Assembly: GCA_000708835.1 (NCBI GenBank)
Contig: DF237194.1
Location: 89,309-125,513, forward strand
Direction of reading: 5' to 3'
From: Klebsormidium nitens
Lineage: Eukaryota > Plantae > Klebsormidiophyceae
DNA length: 36,205 nucleotides
Part shown: piece after piece, positions 10,750-22,359 of the stretch
Numbering within the stretch: the first letter of the stretch is position 1
Layout: each line of letters opens with the position of its first letter
The notes under the pieces: generated by a model
Told to the model about the DNA's origin: nothing
The model's input: the letters and a program-made list of their open reading frames with translations, nothing else
The model's database searches: none
Translations under genes and position numbers: made by a program

Positions 10750-12560
10750 TCCCGGCTTCAGAGTTGGAGAAGGAAATCTGATATTGACGGTGCAAAAATG
10801 CAGCGCCACTGCGTATCGACTTTTCAATCACCGCCATCTAAGTCTCATCGACGACCTGCAAATTTCCGAATCAATCGACTTTTAATCCCACAATATCAGC
10901 ATAATTGCGTGTTGTCATATATAGCAGGCCCTCCCATCAAGCAATAGAGACTCTGCGAAAAGACTAGGTTGCGCCGTTGACGCGCCTTCAATCGTCAACG
11001 ATTGAGCAGGCCTGATCTGAGAAAGACGCGACCCAATTATCTGTTATTGCCTTCCAATAGAAAGCGTGGCCAGTCCGATATTAGCGGGCAATTTTTTCTG
11101 GCTTCCGGTCCGGCTCTACGATTTCATGTGCTCCCGGCCGGATGGACGTCAGGCCGGAGCAACGCAGGGTCGACCTTGCCAGCGCCAAATTAGATCGGAT
11201 TTTGCGCAAAGTCGGTGGATGTAACACTCAAAACAATGGGTTTGCCATATGACAGGCACATCAAGCACGGAAAAAGGAGCATGTGAGATTCCATGCAAGC
11301 TCAGCACCCCTTGCTATCTCAATCCGTTTTCCTTCGAGCAAGTCCTTAACCGCGAGACTACATCTTGGCAATTCTCGGACCTGATGAGTCAGTGGAACAG
11401 CTCACACGCTGTCACTAGTCCTCGAATTAGACAAGCATGCAGGATAATCAGCCGAGTCTCCTACGTGACCGCTCAAGGACATGCAAACTTCTACATTTCT
11501 CTGAGGTAGGTCCAGATCTAAGTAGCAGAAGAAACAACGACCTTTTCTGAGTCAACGAACTCGATACTTAAGCTTTAATTTGGCGGCCCACGGATTACCA
11601 GCATTGAGACATCTAGTCAAAAGCGCCCATGCTGGTATCCGTTTTGACACCGACTTTTGGCCATAGCTAGAGATAGGTTTAGAGATTGGTTGAGTTTGAC
11701 GGCGTCAAAGGCGACAGTGGATGGCTAAAACGAAGCCTGAAAGGGGCCTTGTTTCTTCATAACCGCCTCAGGGCGCTGTCGAAGAACCAGACAAATCGCA
11801 GCGAGTTCTTCGGCTAATGGATAGACGTTCCAACTCCGTCGTGGATACGCGCTTGCATGCGCTCTAGTACAATTCTGCTTTGAAAGTGGTTCTTCGACTT
11901 CTTCTTCTAAAAACCGCTGAGCGAGGAAAAAGAAAGCGAAAACGAGTCGAATCTTTAGTGAGCAAGACAACCCGGCTGGTCGTGGCGCGCTACATGCCGT
12001 ACAAGGTGACAGGCCCTTGAAGTCGAAACAGTATAAATAGACCCAGCAGCAACGCCATCCATAGGCCGGCGCATTAAGCCAAGTTGCATTTGTGCACTAC
12101 AACCACCGCCACTTTCAACATCGTATACAAAAACCTCGGAATTAGTGGGAATTTTTACGGGGATCCCCTTACGATGATGGGCTTTAGGCTGACGTCCTAC
12201 ATGACTTGGAATCCTTGGAATCCTGACTGTGGTATCCAGAACACCTGATTCAGACGATCCGTATGGTACAGATCAGTCTGAGCGCGCTAACAACTCTAGG
12301 GGAAAAGATCCAGGCCGACCTCTAGCAGTACGAAATCAAGCAAGGTGCGCTGATAGGATAGCGTGTTGAGCACACTGATACGAATGAAGACATTGTGGTG
12401 GATGGAAGGCTCAGACGTCAAGCCCGAAGTTTGAAGTCCCTAGTAAAGAAAACCTCAACGAAAAGAGGGAAAGAAGCAGGAACAAAACATCTACTCGCGA
12501 TTGAAAAGTGAAGACGTTTTACGACGGCAAGTCAAGAGTCTCAATCCGGCTTCCGAGTTG
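10750..12560 (-). pseudogene. Family R1 copy a: duplicate of the 3' 1.8 kb of R1b, pseudogenised
   Basis: Colinear with 12590-14330 at an offset of ~1.8 kb. Exact anchors: TGCAGCGCCACTGCGT (10799/12596), CTCTGCGAAAAGACTAGGTTGCG (10951/12744), AAGCATGCAGGATAATC (11433/13221). Shared minus-strand peptide LAAI..VL..PE..MKKQGPFQA. Confidence 0.75.
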
Positions 12561-12589
12561 AAGAAGGACGTACGAAACAAGCTGACGTG

Positions 12590-15047
12590 CACGAATGCAG
12601 CGCCACTGCGTGTCCATTTTCCATTCACAGCCAAATGAATCTTACCGACGAATTGCAAATCACCGTGTCATTCAACCTGCAATCCCAGTTCAGCGTGATT
12701 GTGTGTTGTCACAGCAGGCCCACCCATCAAACATAAAAGACAGCTCTGCGAAAAGACTAGGTTGCGGTGAGGGCGCCTGCAATTGTCAGAACTGAGCAGG
12801 CCCGTTTTGAGAAAGACGCGAACCAATCGTCTGATACCTTCCGGAGATTAGAAGCGTGGCCAGTCAGACGCTTGTGGGAAACATGTTGGCTTCCGACCTC
12901 TACGACTTCATGTGCTTCCGGATGGATGTTAGGAGCAACGCGGGGTCCAGTCGTCCTTGCCGACGCCAAACCAGATCGGACTGATTTGCGCCATGTCGGC
13001 GGATGTAAAACTCAAACCAATGGATTTACTATGTGACAGGTTGAGCACGGAAAAAGAAGCTTGTGCAGTTCATTGCAAACCTGCTCGGGACCCCTCGACA
13101 GCTCGCTCCGTTTTCTCCGAGCAAGCAAGCTTTAGTCTTAAGATGACATTTTGGCAGATTTCTGACCCGATCTTGGAAAGTCGGTGAACAGCACACACGC
13201 TGTCACTGGTCCTCAAAGGCAAGCATGCAGGATAATCTGCCGAGTCTCCTGACCGCTCAAGGATTTGCAGAAGCTACTTTTCTTTGAGGCAGATCTGGAT
13301 TCAAGTACCAGAAGAAACTATGGACATTTCTAGGTCAATGGACTCGAGTCGATAGTTAGGCCATTTGAGGCCCGCAGATTTAGGCAACGGGACTTCTTGT
13401 CAAATTAAAAGCGTACACATTGGTATCCTTTTCGGCACCGACTTTTGCCTGAAGTCGCCATAGCTAGAAATGAGTCACAGATTGGTCGAGGTTGACGGCT
13501 AATTCAATGGCGACAATGGATGGCTAAAAAAGCCTGAAAGGGGCCTTATTTCTTCATAGCCGTCTCAGGGTGCTAAAGGACCTGACGAATTGCAGCGAGT
13601 TTTCCAGCTACTGTACAGTCGTTCTGACGCGATGGATGGGCACGCGCGCTCCGACTCTAGTTACACCCTAAAGAAGCGGCCGATCAGTATATGAATGATT
13701 TTTCCGCTTCTTTTTCCGGGAACGGCACAGCGAGGAAACCATTAGAAAGTCAAATAATAAGTCGAAGCAAGACGTACAGCCCGGTCGTATCCTAGCTACA
13801 GTCTATACAAGGTGACAGGCTTGGACCTTGACGCCGAGATAGTATGAATCAAATTAGCGGCAACTTCGACGACACATAGCACGGCGCATCGATCCATTAT
13901 GAATTGCAACTACCGCCACCTTTGATACCGTATACGAACGTGTTCGATCAAAAGCAGTGGATTGTCTTTAACGGGGATCTCCTCACGACTGGTTTAGGTT
14001 GTTCTTCATGAATGAAAACCCTGACTGTGGCATCTAGGAACACTCCGGTTCAGAGCGCCCACGTTAATATACTACAGATCAGGTCCAGAGCGCCAAAAGT
14101 AATTGTCGAAGACATGCAGGCCGACTCTTAGCCGTGCAAGGTGCGCTAACGAATCGCGTAGGGGGAAGCACGTACGAGAGAGCTGACTGTGGTGGACAGG
14201 AGGGCACGTAAGCTTTTGCAGTCCCTGGTAAGGAAACCTCAGCGACAAGAACAGGAACACAAAGTCATACGCAATGAAGACCATGGAGACGTTTCTAAGC
14301 GACTGGCTTCAGTGGCTGGCCGTGGTAGGAAAAAGGACCTCCTGACCTTGTATCGGTCATAGAATAGGACACCCGCATGCTGCCCATCAATGCCAGAAGT
14401 AATTCTTTGACGGTAACTTTCGAACTTGTAAAGTAGTACTGATCGACTGCACCAAGGATCTTTAACATCATTTCGTCCTTACTGCCAGTAGGACCGCGAA
14501 ATTCGGCGGATCTTTAAAATACATCAAGAGAAAAGACTCAGGTGACGACAACCCGCACGAGTTGGGCAAGTATGCATACGACCGTCAAGTGAGTTCACCT
14601 ATGTACCGCAATCCGGAATCAATATCAACAAGGCAGGAACACGGTTTTGAGGAAGTAGTCGACGAGGAGGAGACCAGGTGTACGCGGTTCAGACGCGGAG
14701 GATGCGGTCGCTTTTACGAGAATTGCAACCTTATAGTGAAAAGCACGTTGGCGAAGATTTTTAGGCAGGCGTTGCTGCCCATGACGGTTGACCGATGCTA
14801 AGAACGTCCACCGCTGCAGGCAGACAGACAGGCAGGCGCGCGGGGTGGCGAAACGTGCGTCCCCCGGCGGCGTCACGATGCTGTTCGAGATTGTTTTGAT
14901 GAAGCCCAGAAGTCTGTAAACGACTAGTGAGCTGCGAGCATAATAGTGATCAGGCGCAAAGTCACAGGAGCTGCCAGCAGCAACCGTTCCAGCGTACAGG
15001 AGCAGCCGCGCAGGCCGCGCACACTTCGCGGGCGCCGCCCGAGTCAT
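12590..15047 (-). pseudogene. Family R1 copy b: most complete copy, ATG at 15047, unknown product
   Basis: ATG in GCACCATG context. Minus-strand peptides YAGTVAAGSSCDFAPDH..RSSLVVYRLLGFIKTISNSIV, NRHGQQRLP.NLR, KATASSA.EP, ITSGIDGQHA and NVSMVFIAY are conserved with copy c, mainly through synonymous changes. Many stops and frameshifts. Confidence 0.75.
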
Positions 15048-15137
15048 GGTGCCGCGCGGCCGCGCAACTTAAACGGCCCTATATCGCCGCGCGATATGAT
15101 CGGTTGAATTTGCGCGTGCGTCGCGCGGCCGCCAATT
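15000..15137 (-). promoter_or_regulatory. CG island upstream of R1b with a hairpin and a palindrome
   Basis: Palindrome GCGCGGCCGCGC at 15054-15065; hairpin ATATCGC-cgc-GCGATAT at 15081-15097; GCGGCCGC at 15125. Homologous to 19880-20040 upstream of R1c. Confidence 0.5.
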
Positions 15138-15379
15138 GATACAAGTCCGATACGACAAAAGCTCTGATTTATCCCGAAACGACTTTCGAGGTTTTAATAG
15201 TGGCATCAGGCCTAGAGTGCAGAAATTGCAAATGATGCAACGCATCAGGGTACCCAACATCCATGCCAGCCAGTACACTAGCAATCGACCGTAGCTAGAA
15301 GCGAGCAAACAATCAAGCAATTCTGACAATCATATCCAGCAGTGTCAAAGCACCGTGTCATGGCTTCCAAGTCATAATT

Positions 15380-15680
15380 TTTCATGCCGCGACCGCGAGC
15401 TGGCCGTCAACAACCCGCGCCGGCCACGCAACGCGCTCCGGGCGCATAATAGCCAGCTCGCGGGGCAGCGTGGCCGTCCCGGTCCGGCGCGGGCACAATC
15501 TAAGCGCAATCTAAGCGCGCACCGCCACACGGATTTAAGTGGGGTGAGCAGCCACCAGGCAGTACGTACGTATGTGAGCGCACCGTGATGCTGCTGTGTG
15601 GCGCGCGGCGCGGCCGCTCCGCGAGACGCTTTTGCACCGTTTTCAAAGGTATACGACGTTTCGGAGTATATATCTAGGCA
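15380..15680 (+). promoter_or_regulatory. CG island and TATA-like element upstream of the 15687 remnant
   Basis: Dense CG/GC; tandem CAATCTAAGCG twice (15496-15517); GCGGCCGC at 15610; GTATATAT at ~15666, just before the ATG at 15687. Confidence 0.4.
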
Positions 15681-15686
15681 GAGGTC

Positions 15687-17891
15687 ATGAGCTTGAAAGG
15701 ATTCCTCGAGTCTACAATCAATTCTTGGGTCTGTAATGCGTTTCCTTTTTGGCGTCGCCGCTTTGACGATTGTGACAGCATGTATCAAAGCCTGCATGAT
15801 GCGCACTAGGTGACGTAGACAGCGCTTTTTCAACACTTCCTATTTTATAGCTCGCTGATTGACCAGGGAATCAAATCAAGAGCCCGAGACAGTCGAAGCT
15901 TGCGTTTAGATGGATGTGGCCGATTGGTTTGATGTTGGTTTGATGTTAGTAGAGCGAAAGTGCCTGCGAAGTTCGCGGAGGAGTCTGTTGCGATTGCAGA
16001 ATGAGGCCGTGAAAACCGAAACGAGCCCCTGGCGACCTCTAGTACAATTGTTGCGGGTTCAAATTTCGGACGCTACGGTGGGCCTTTTTACGCAGAAGAA
16101 AACCGCCTTTGCGCATGACAAGTAGAGCTTATCTGAGAGGTTCTGTGAAGCCGCCCAATGGGGGTTCTTAATTGTACATGATGGTTCTACACTCGTCTAT
16201 GATACCTCTTCGCCGCTTTTACAGTTCCGGCAGATTTGTGCAAACGAGACCAGCGCGCGCCTTTGTCCTATATGCGCGCTGAGATTCTGCTCAGTTCACT
16301 GAAAAATTTGTCATAAAGACTGCTCAGACACATGCCAGCAAAAGGTAATTTATCTTTTCTCACGGCCTCAGCACAGGCGCAAGCTTCGCCTGAAATCGTT
16401 TCACAAAGACGACCGGCCGGGCCGCTGATCCTTGCCAACCACTTACAGCTCTACAACCCAAAATGTGGTTTGATAGCCTATTGGTGCGTGAAGCGTAAAC
16501 ACAAGACTCCAAATCTCCTACTTGAAGCTTCCCGTCCGCAACTGCAAAGAGCGAGTTTTCTGTGCCGAGAAAGAAGGAGGTCTATCTTCAACGCGCTAGG
16601 CTTGCTTCGATGACTGGGCTGAGAACTCCCGCGCGGTGCTCATGAGCCGCGGGCAAAGGCGAAGTTGATGCGGCTGTTAAACTTTATTGACACACTCGCT
16701 CAAGAGTAAAATATTCACGGAGCTTTGTAAAGCAAGCCAGAGCTTTGGAGAGGTCGACATAGACTACGTCTCAGTGACGGCCTCAATTACGCGCTCGGTT
16801 GGAAGCAGCTTTTTGACTTCAGGAATTCCCGAATGAGAAGACAACTTTCATACCCGGAAAAGCCGACACATATACAGATGTCAGCAGTGACCACTGGGCT
16901 AAGGGGCGCATCGGAATTACTTCGTTTATAGTACGCAAACTTTGTAAGGAAGCGCTGCCGAAAGTATTGGACCTGCCATCGGCGGTTAAGCCGTTTTGTA
17001 TCCTTAGTAGACAAGAAAGCGAATCTCAGCAAGGGTGCAAATTAAAGACGGAAAGTGTATACTGGCGTGTTGGCTTCAAACTTGGTTGACGTTCTCACAA
17101 GCAACGACGCCACGTTTGACAAGATTTCTTCGCCAGTTCAGCAAATTTCTGAAAAGTCACGGTTTTTTCGACAAAGCATCTTCAGTATCACATATCAGAT
17201 ATCGGCAGTTAATTTTTTGACCCAATCAGAACGGCAAAGCTTTCATACAGCTCAGTACAGGCTGTCATAAATCTCGGAAGCGAGCACTCGAGAGTAATCA
17301 GCTGAGCCTTAAGATCCCGTGGCCGCTCGAGGACCGACGTTGCATTTCTCCTCGAAGCAGTAGACCAGAGACCAGAGCGCATTATTTTGAGAGCAACGAT
17401 GTCGAGAGGATGGTCACGTCGATGAAAGCCCTCTACAAGGATTCCAGCAAAGAGACATTCTATCAAAAGTACCAATGTTTGCTCGCATATGATGGGTCTG
17501 GACTTCGGGCTTAAGTCGTGACTTCATCTGAAACTGCTTCAAAGATTGGGCGAAGTTGACGGTTTCAAAGGCCAGATCAAACAACAACGCGCTCATGGCT
17601 TGAAGCAGCCTTGAAAGGGCCAAGTTCTATTTTTCATCGCCGGCTCAAAGAAGCATGGCTTTACAGAGCTGGAGCGCGAGCTCACGAAAAACTGTACGTA
17701 CACCCATTGATACGACCGCAAAACTTCTTCTAAGACATGAAGAGCTCAACGCACTTTTCGAGTCTTCTTTGAACCCATCTAAGTCCGCGACTTCAACTGC
17801 TTCTTTGCAACGCCCAGTATCGTCGGCTCGCGCAGGTAATTATTGTCGAAAATGGAATCCGGCCGTTCAAAGGTCTGTTCCGGGGACTTAG
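15687..17891 (+). pseudogene. Decayed ~2.2-kb plus-strand gene of unknown product
   Basis: The ATG at 15687 and listed ORFs 16332-16613, 17055-17270 and 17655-17891 share one frame. A shifted frame gives FESNDVERMVTSMKALYKDSSKETFYQKYQCLLAYDGSG...SWLEAALKGPSSIFHRRLKEAWLYRAG (~17386-17730). Confidence 0.45.
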
Positions 17892-17991
17892 CTCCTGGTC
17901 AAGGTCAAGGGTGCCTGGTTCTCAACTGTGCTTGCCGATTGCAAAGCGGACATACTTATAGGCTGTGTTTCACCACCTGCAAACGGTTGCA

Positions 17992-18035
17992 AGGGTGAAT
18001 CTAGGGTGAATCTACACTAGGGTGAGTCTACACTA
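17992..18035. repeat. Short tandem repeat AGGGTGA(A/G)TCT(ACACT), three units
   Basis: AGGGTGAATCT AGGGTGAATCTACACT AGGGTGAGTCTACACT. Confidence 0.85.
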
Positions 18036-18959
18036 CAACCTGGGGCAGACTTGGCCTCACGATCCATCAGATGTGCGTCGGAAGATTGATGCGCCCAGCC
18101 TTCAGGCCTTCTTCAATATTGAGACCCGTCGTAGCCTTGTCATTGCTGCAGATGCGCGCCGACGTCAGCGGCAAAAGCGCATGCCAAGATGAAGAGGCGC
18201 GCCGCCCGGTCTGCTACACAAGGCATACAAGCTTGTCCGGATTGTCCACATCACATTTGAGGTTTTTATCTGTCTATCTGGCCTGTATCTCAAGAGCTCG
18301 GACCCTGTACGTGCCCATATTTACTTGCTTCTTACTTCCCTCTGAAGTTGGTTCTGTTTGCTGCAAAACAGTAGGGCTGGCTCGGCAAGAGCGATAACAA
18401 TTGAGGTGCCTCGACTAGGCTCAAATCGTCACCCGCTCATCGTTGCCAACCATTCTATGAAAGGAACCTCCGTTGTACTCGGGCCGGACTTGAAGCGACG
18501 TCCACGCGCGCCTTTCTTAAAGATAGCAGTTCCGAAGCAGACACTTTGACATAAGTTAAAGAAGCCTTCTTTCAAATTGAGGGGCCTATTGCCACCGAAC
18601 GTCAAGATGCCTCAACGCAATTGACCAGCTTTCGAAGATCGGCTCAGCAAACTCTGTCTGCGTGTTAACTTATGGACACTCAATCAAGTTCAAGCCATCG
18701 TTGCCGACCCGGAACAAAAGCTCTGATGTAGATCGATAAGTCACTCTGAATTATGACATATTTTGAAGCCTTGCAAGCTTTGCAGGTGACTTGAAAGATC
18801 TTTACTGCACAAGTATGTCACGCCGTGGCCGCTCCTTCATCAACCTACGTGTGGCGTCCGTCTGCTTGGCGCTTCCATCAACTTGTGATGGAAAAATGTA
18901 TATGATGTACAAGTCGATCTTTCAACTCACATCCAAGCGCCTGGTCTAAAGTTACAGGG

Positions 18960-19950
18960 TTGCGTAGGTGGAAGCACGTACAAGAGAAAAGATTGCGGTG
19001 GACATACGGAACGAGACATCGTTTTTTGGAGCCGGCCCATAGTAAATAAACCTCAGCAACAAGAGGCGCGGATAGAAAAATACGCAATGAAGACCATGGA
19101 TACGTTTTAGTAGCAACTGGCTAATTCAGTGGCTGGTGCCGAAGAAGAAACTATTCTGACCTCGTATGGGGTCACGGAAAGGCCTCTCGCATGCTGCCCA
19201 TTAATGCCAGAAGTTATCACTTAACTGGTAACCCCTTCGGTTTTCTAAAATTGCTCGACTGCTCAAACGATCTTTGACCCGTGCACGGTGCTTAATTGCG
19301 TAGTTGCTGCCAGTGGGGACCGCAAAAAGGAGCGGATCTCTAGCCCACGTCAAGAGAAAAGCCCACGCATACTGGAGGACAAGACTTAGGTAAACGCCAA
19401 CACTCTGCAAGATTTGGGTAATTACTGCGTCCGACCGTCAACTGACTTCCACCTGCCGCAGTTCGGTGTTGATAACAACAAGACGGGAAGAAGAAGTTGA
19501 GGTAGAAGACCGTAGCCTGAAGTTAGACGAGTAGGCGGTTCAAATGCGGAAGATGCGGTCGCTTTCAAGAAGATTGCAAACTTCATGGTGGAAAGGACAT
19601 TGCGCAGGTTTTGAGGCAGGCGTTGCTGGCCATGACGGTTTCACGGTTGGCTGATGTCAGCAACGACGTCCGCCGCAGGCGCGGTGGCGGCATGCGCGCG
19701 CTGCGCCTCCGCGGCCGGCGGCCTACACGATGCTGTTCGAGATGGTCTTGATCAAGCCCTAAGAAGTTTGTAAACGACCAGTCATGAGCTGCGAACAGAA
19801 TAGTGAGCTGCGAACAGAATGGTGCTCAGGCGCAATGTCACAGTAGCTGCCAGCAGCGACCGTTCGAGCGTACGGGAGCCGCCGTGGCGCAGGACTCCGC
19901 GCACAATAATGCGGGCGCCGGCGCCCTCACGGGGCCTGGGCTGCGCGGCC
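18960..19950 (-). pseudogene. Family R1 copy c (may extend weakly to ~18070)
   Basis: Colinear with 14155-15050 at an offset of ~4.8 kb. Anchors: TACGCAATGAAGACCATGGA (14268/19081), CGCATGCTGCCCAT, CACGATGCTGTTCGAGAT (14874/19726). The start codon position reads GTG. Confidence 0.75.
19785..19820. repeat. 19-nt-period tandem duplication that frameshifts R1c
   Basis: TGAGCTGCGAACAGAAT at 19785 and 19804. R1b has a single copy. Confidence 0.9.
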
Positions 19951-20040
19951 TGGCGGCGCAAATGACGGGCCTCAATCATTTGATATTGCAGTGCCGATCG
20001 CAAACGGCTGGCGGCGCGGCCGCCGAGTCCGTAATTGGCA
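19880..20040 (-). promoter_or_regulatory. CG island upstream of R1c
   Basis: Homologous to 15000-15137 and retains GCGCGGCCGCC (20014-20024). Confidence 0.45.
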
Positions 20041-20149
20041 AGAGCAACAAGACACTTATGGAGCTCGCCAGGATCAGCGGATCGCGCACCCACAAGCGTC
20101 TGGGACCTGAGACCCAGTTCATAACCAAATCCGCCCGCTAGCTTGAATG

Positions 20150-22330
20150 TTTGCGTGCCCTCAGGGTCGACTGCATCATGTCCTTAGGCCGATGGCCTAA
20201 AGTTGAAGGCAAACACCAAAAGTATACCTTTTCATCATGTCAAAGGCACACCAATTGATTATGTATCGTGGCAGCGCCTTTGAAGTGCTCCTTTCAACCA
20301 CGGCAACACATTTTACTCTTCCATAGGGAGCCCTTCTCGTTGAGTCAACCCGATTCTAGAAGCTTCGTTCGATCATCTCATCTGCGGCCGATCCTAAAAT
20401 AGAAATGCTTCGGTACCGTGAAACCATGGCGGCGGCTTCAGTGGAAGAGTGCACCTAGGCTCGCTGTGACGTTCGTTGAAACGTACGCCAAGTCTTTCTC
20501 CGCATGTCACCGCCAAAGGATGAAAAATGGTAGATCCTTTCAACCTTTATAATGGAAAAAGACGTCACTCATGACGAGCACGCCAGTCCTGTATTGGTGA
20601 CGACGGAAGCAGACTGAATTTTGACTCGTGCTCATTGCATTGATGTTCTCGTGCACACCGTTTGGTGACGGTGACTGAGTGCAAATAGAGTGGAGAGCGG
20701 GCTGCTCAAATGTTCCGCTTCACACGAGGCTTTCAGACTCACTCTTCTGAGTCCCTGGCGTCCGATCAACGAGCGCAATATCATTGCCGGTGATCATGGT
20801 TTCATACATTGCGTACGCCTGGCCTCTACCCTGCATCTCCAGCCGCAGGTCAAGGGGTAAGAGTCCATGAACACTATTCTTACAATGAAGTCTGTTCGAG
20901 AGTCGCGGCGCAAGGCAAAACAATCTACAGTTTATTTTCATTTTGCAGTTGAGCCGACGAGTCTTGTTCATTCTCAAAAGATCCACCGGGCCCGTCAGCG
21001 ACCACACTCTAAGTGACCAGATCCGAATCAACGCGGTAGCGCCAAAAAAGATATTCATGCGTAAATATGCACCATCCGACACTGTCCCGCAAAGATGCCA
21101 AGCCTTCCGAGTCAAGGTGAGTCGGCTCTTTGAACGTACATTGCAGGACGTCTAGGGCGCCCGCGTTGCAAAAAGTAGAGCTGGCGCCCATATTCCGGTC
21201 CGTCATCGCCGCTCCCTAACTTGAAAGTGCTTGCGCCCAGGCCGACTTACTATTTTGCTTGGCTTTTTGGAGTTCTTGTGCACGATTGCGACGGAGAAGA
21301 CTTTAACATACGTGTCGACCTTATGAAACGCCGTATAAAAGCGTCTAGGTTGCAGTGCGGATTTTCCCGACATGACTTAAGATTTGACAAGCCGCTCTTC
21401 AGGCAATGAAGAAGCTTGGAGCAGGGATAATTTGCGGAGGCCGTCTTGGGTGACCTCGCGTTGATCAGGAGCCTGAAATGATGACTCTGTCCAGAGGTAA
21501 TTTACCGCAGCTCATCGGCAATTAGACGAAAAGCGGAACCCTCAGGCTATCTAATTAATCTCGAAATCTGAGAACCCATTAAGTCGGACTTGAAAATCGT
21601 TTCATTGCAGTAACACAAATACAATCGGTTTGTCTCCTGAAGTGAGCAACCTTTTTCCTAGTGATTCGTGTTTCGGAAACTTCATGTGATGAGGGCAGCT
21701 CGCTCAAAGAGCAACAAAGTACGCGAGAGTTCAATTCGCGGCCGCCTGGGCGGCGCGTTGAGTGTGTCCAAAGCGGGATATTGGGAAGATCTGAACGCTC
21801 CGAGACAGAGGCGTCGCCGGCTTGTGGGTAAAAGTTTCAGGCCCACGCGGCAACATAGAATCACAGCCCATCGGTGGACAGCCTAGGATACGATTCGTGA
21901 TCCACGCAGCCTTTGCAGAGGAGCTCTATGCGGACCTTTTGCCTTTGTCCACTCAGCGTCCGCCCTGCAAGGGCTGAAACTTGACGACGCTTTATGTTGG
22001 GAAACGTCGAAGAAGCCTTTCCAGACGACCACGTGTGAGGAATCAATCACATAAGCAGCTCTTTTCATCCATATCATTGCTTATGGTCGACCCATCAGTA
22101 CTCTCAGCCGCTTCAAGCCAAGACTTCTTGGGCGGAAAGTGTAGTCACCAGGACGGCATATGATCAATGCAGGCAATCCAGGCGCATCAGTGACGATACT
22201 GGCATCAGGCGATGGAGAGAGTCGAGGCAATGAGGTGCAACTTTTAGCGACCTCAGCGCATCTGAGCCATCCTCGCCAGTGAACAACAATCAGAACATGC
22301 GCGCGAAACCTTTACTTTTCAAAACAGGGG
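20150..22330 (-). pseudogene. Decayed ~2-kb minus-strand remnant of unknown product
   Basis: Frames such as TIFKSDLMGSQISRLIR*PEGSAFRLIADELR*ITSG...NLDAFIRRFIRS, plus ORF 20720-21115. It begins next to the island at 22360-22630. Confidence 0.4.
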
Positions 22331-22359
22331 TTATATGGGTATTCAGGGAGCCCAATTTA

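Noticed and set aside
376-10764. 16-mer GTCCCGGCTTCAGAGT at 376 and 10749 as evidence that the left-edge gene is R1-related
   Set aside because: Flanking similarity is minimal and the match is only borderline above chance.
14370-14400. DGQHR (ParB/DndB-like) motif in R1 (ITSGIDGQHA)
   Set aside because: Both copies have His-Ala rather than His-Arg, and copy c has Asn for Asp.
19535-19580. Zinc-knuckle-like FKCGRCGRFQEDC on the plus strand
   Set aside because: The spacing is not CX2CX4HX4C, and synonymous changes indicate the minus strand was coding.
21731-21745. EcoRI-NotI adaptor or vector contamination (CAATTCGCGGCCGC)
   Set aside because: It is not an exact adaptor, no vector sequence is adjacent, and the site belongs to a set of natural GCGGCCGC words, some conserved between paralogs.
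9020-22281. Shared word CCATCCTCGCCAGT at ~9021 and ~22268
   Set aside because: A single 14-15-mer match is plausible by chance in 36 kb, and the flanks do not clearly align.
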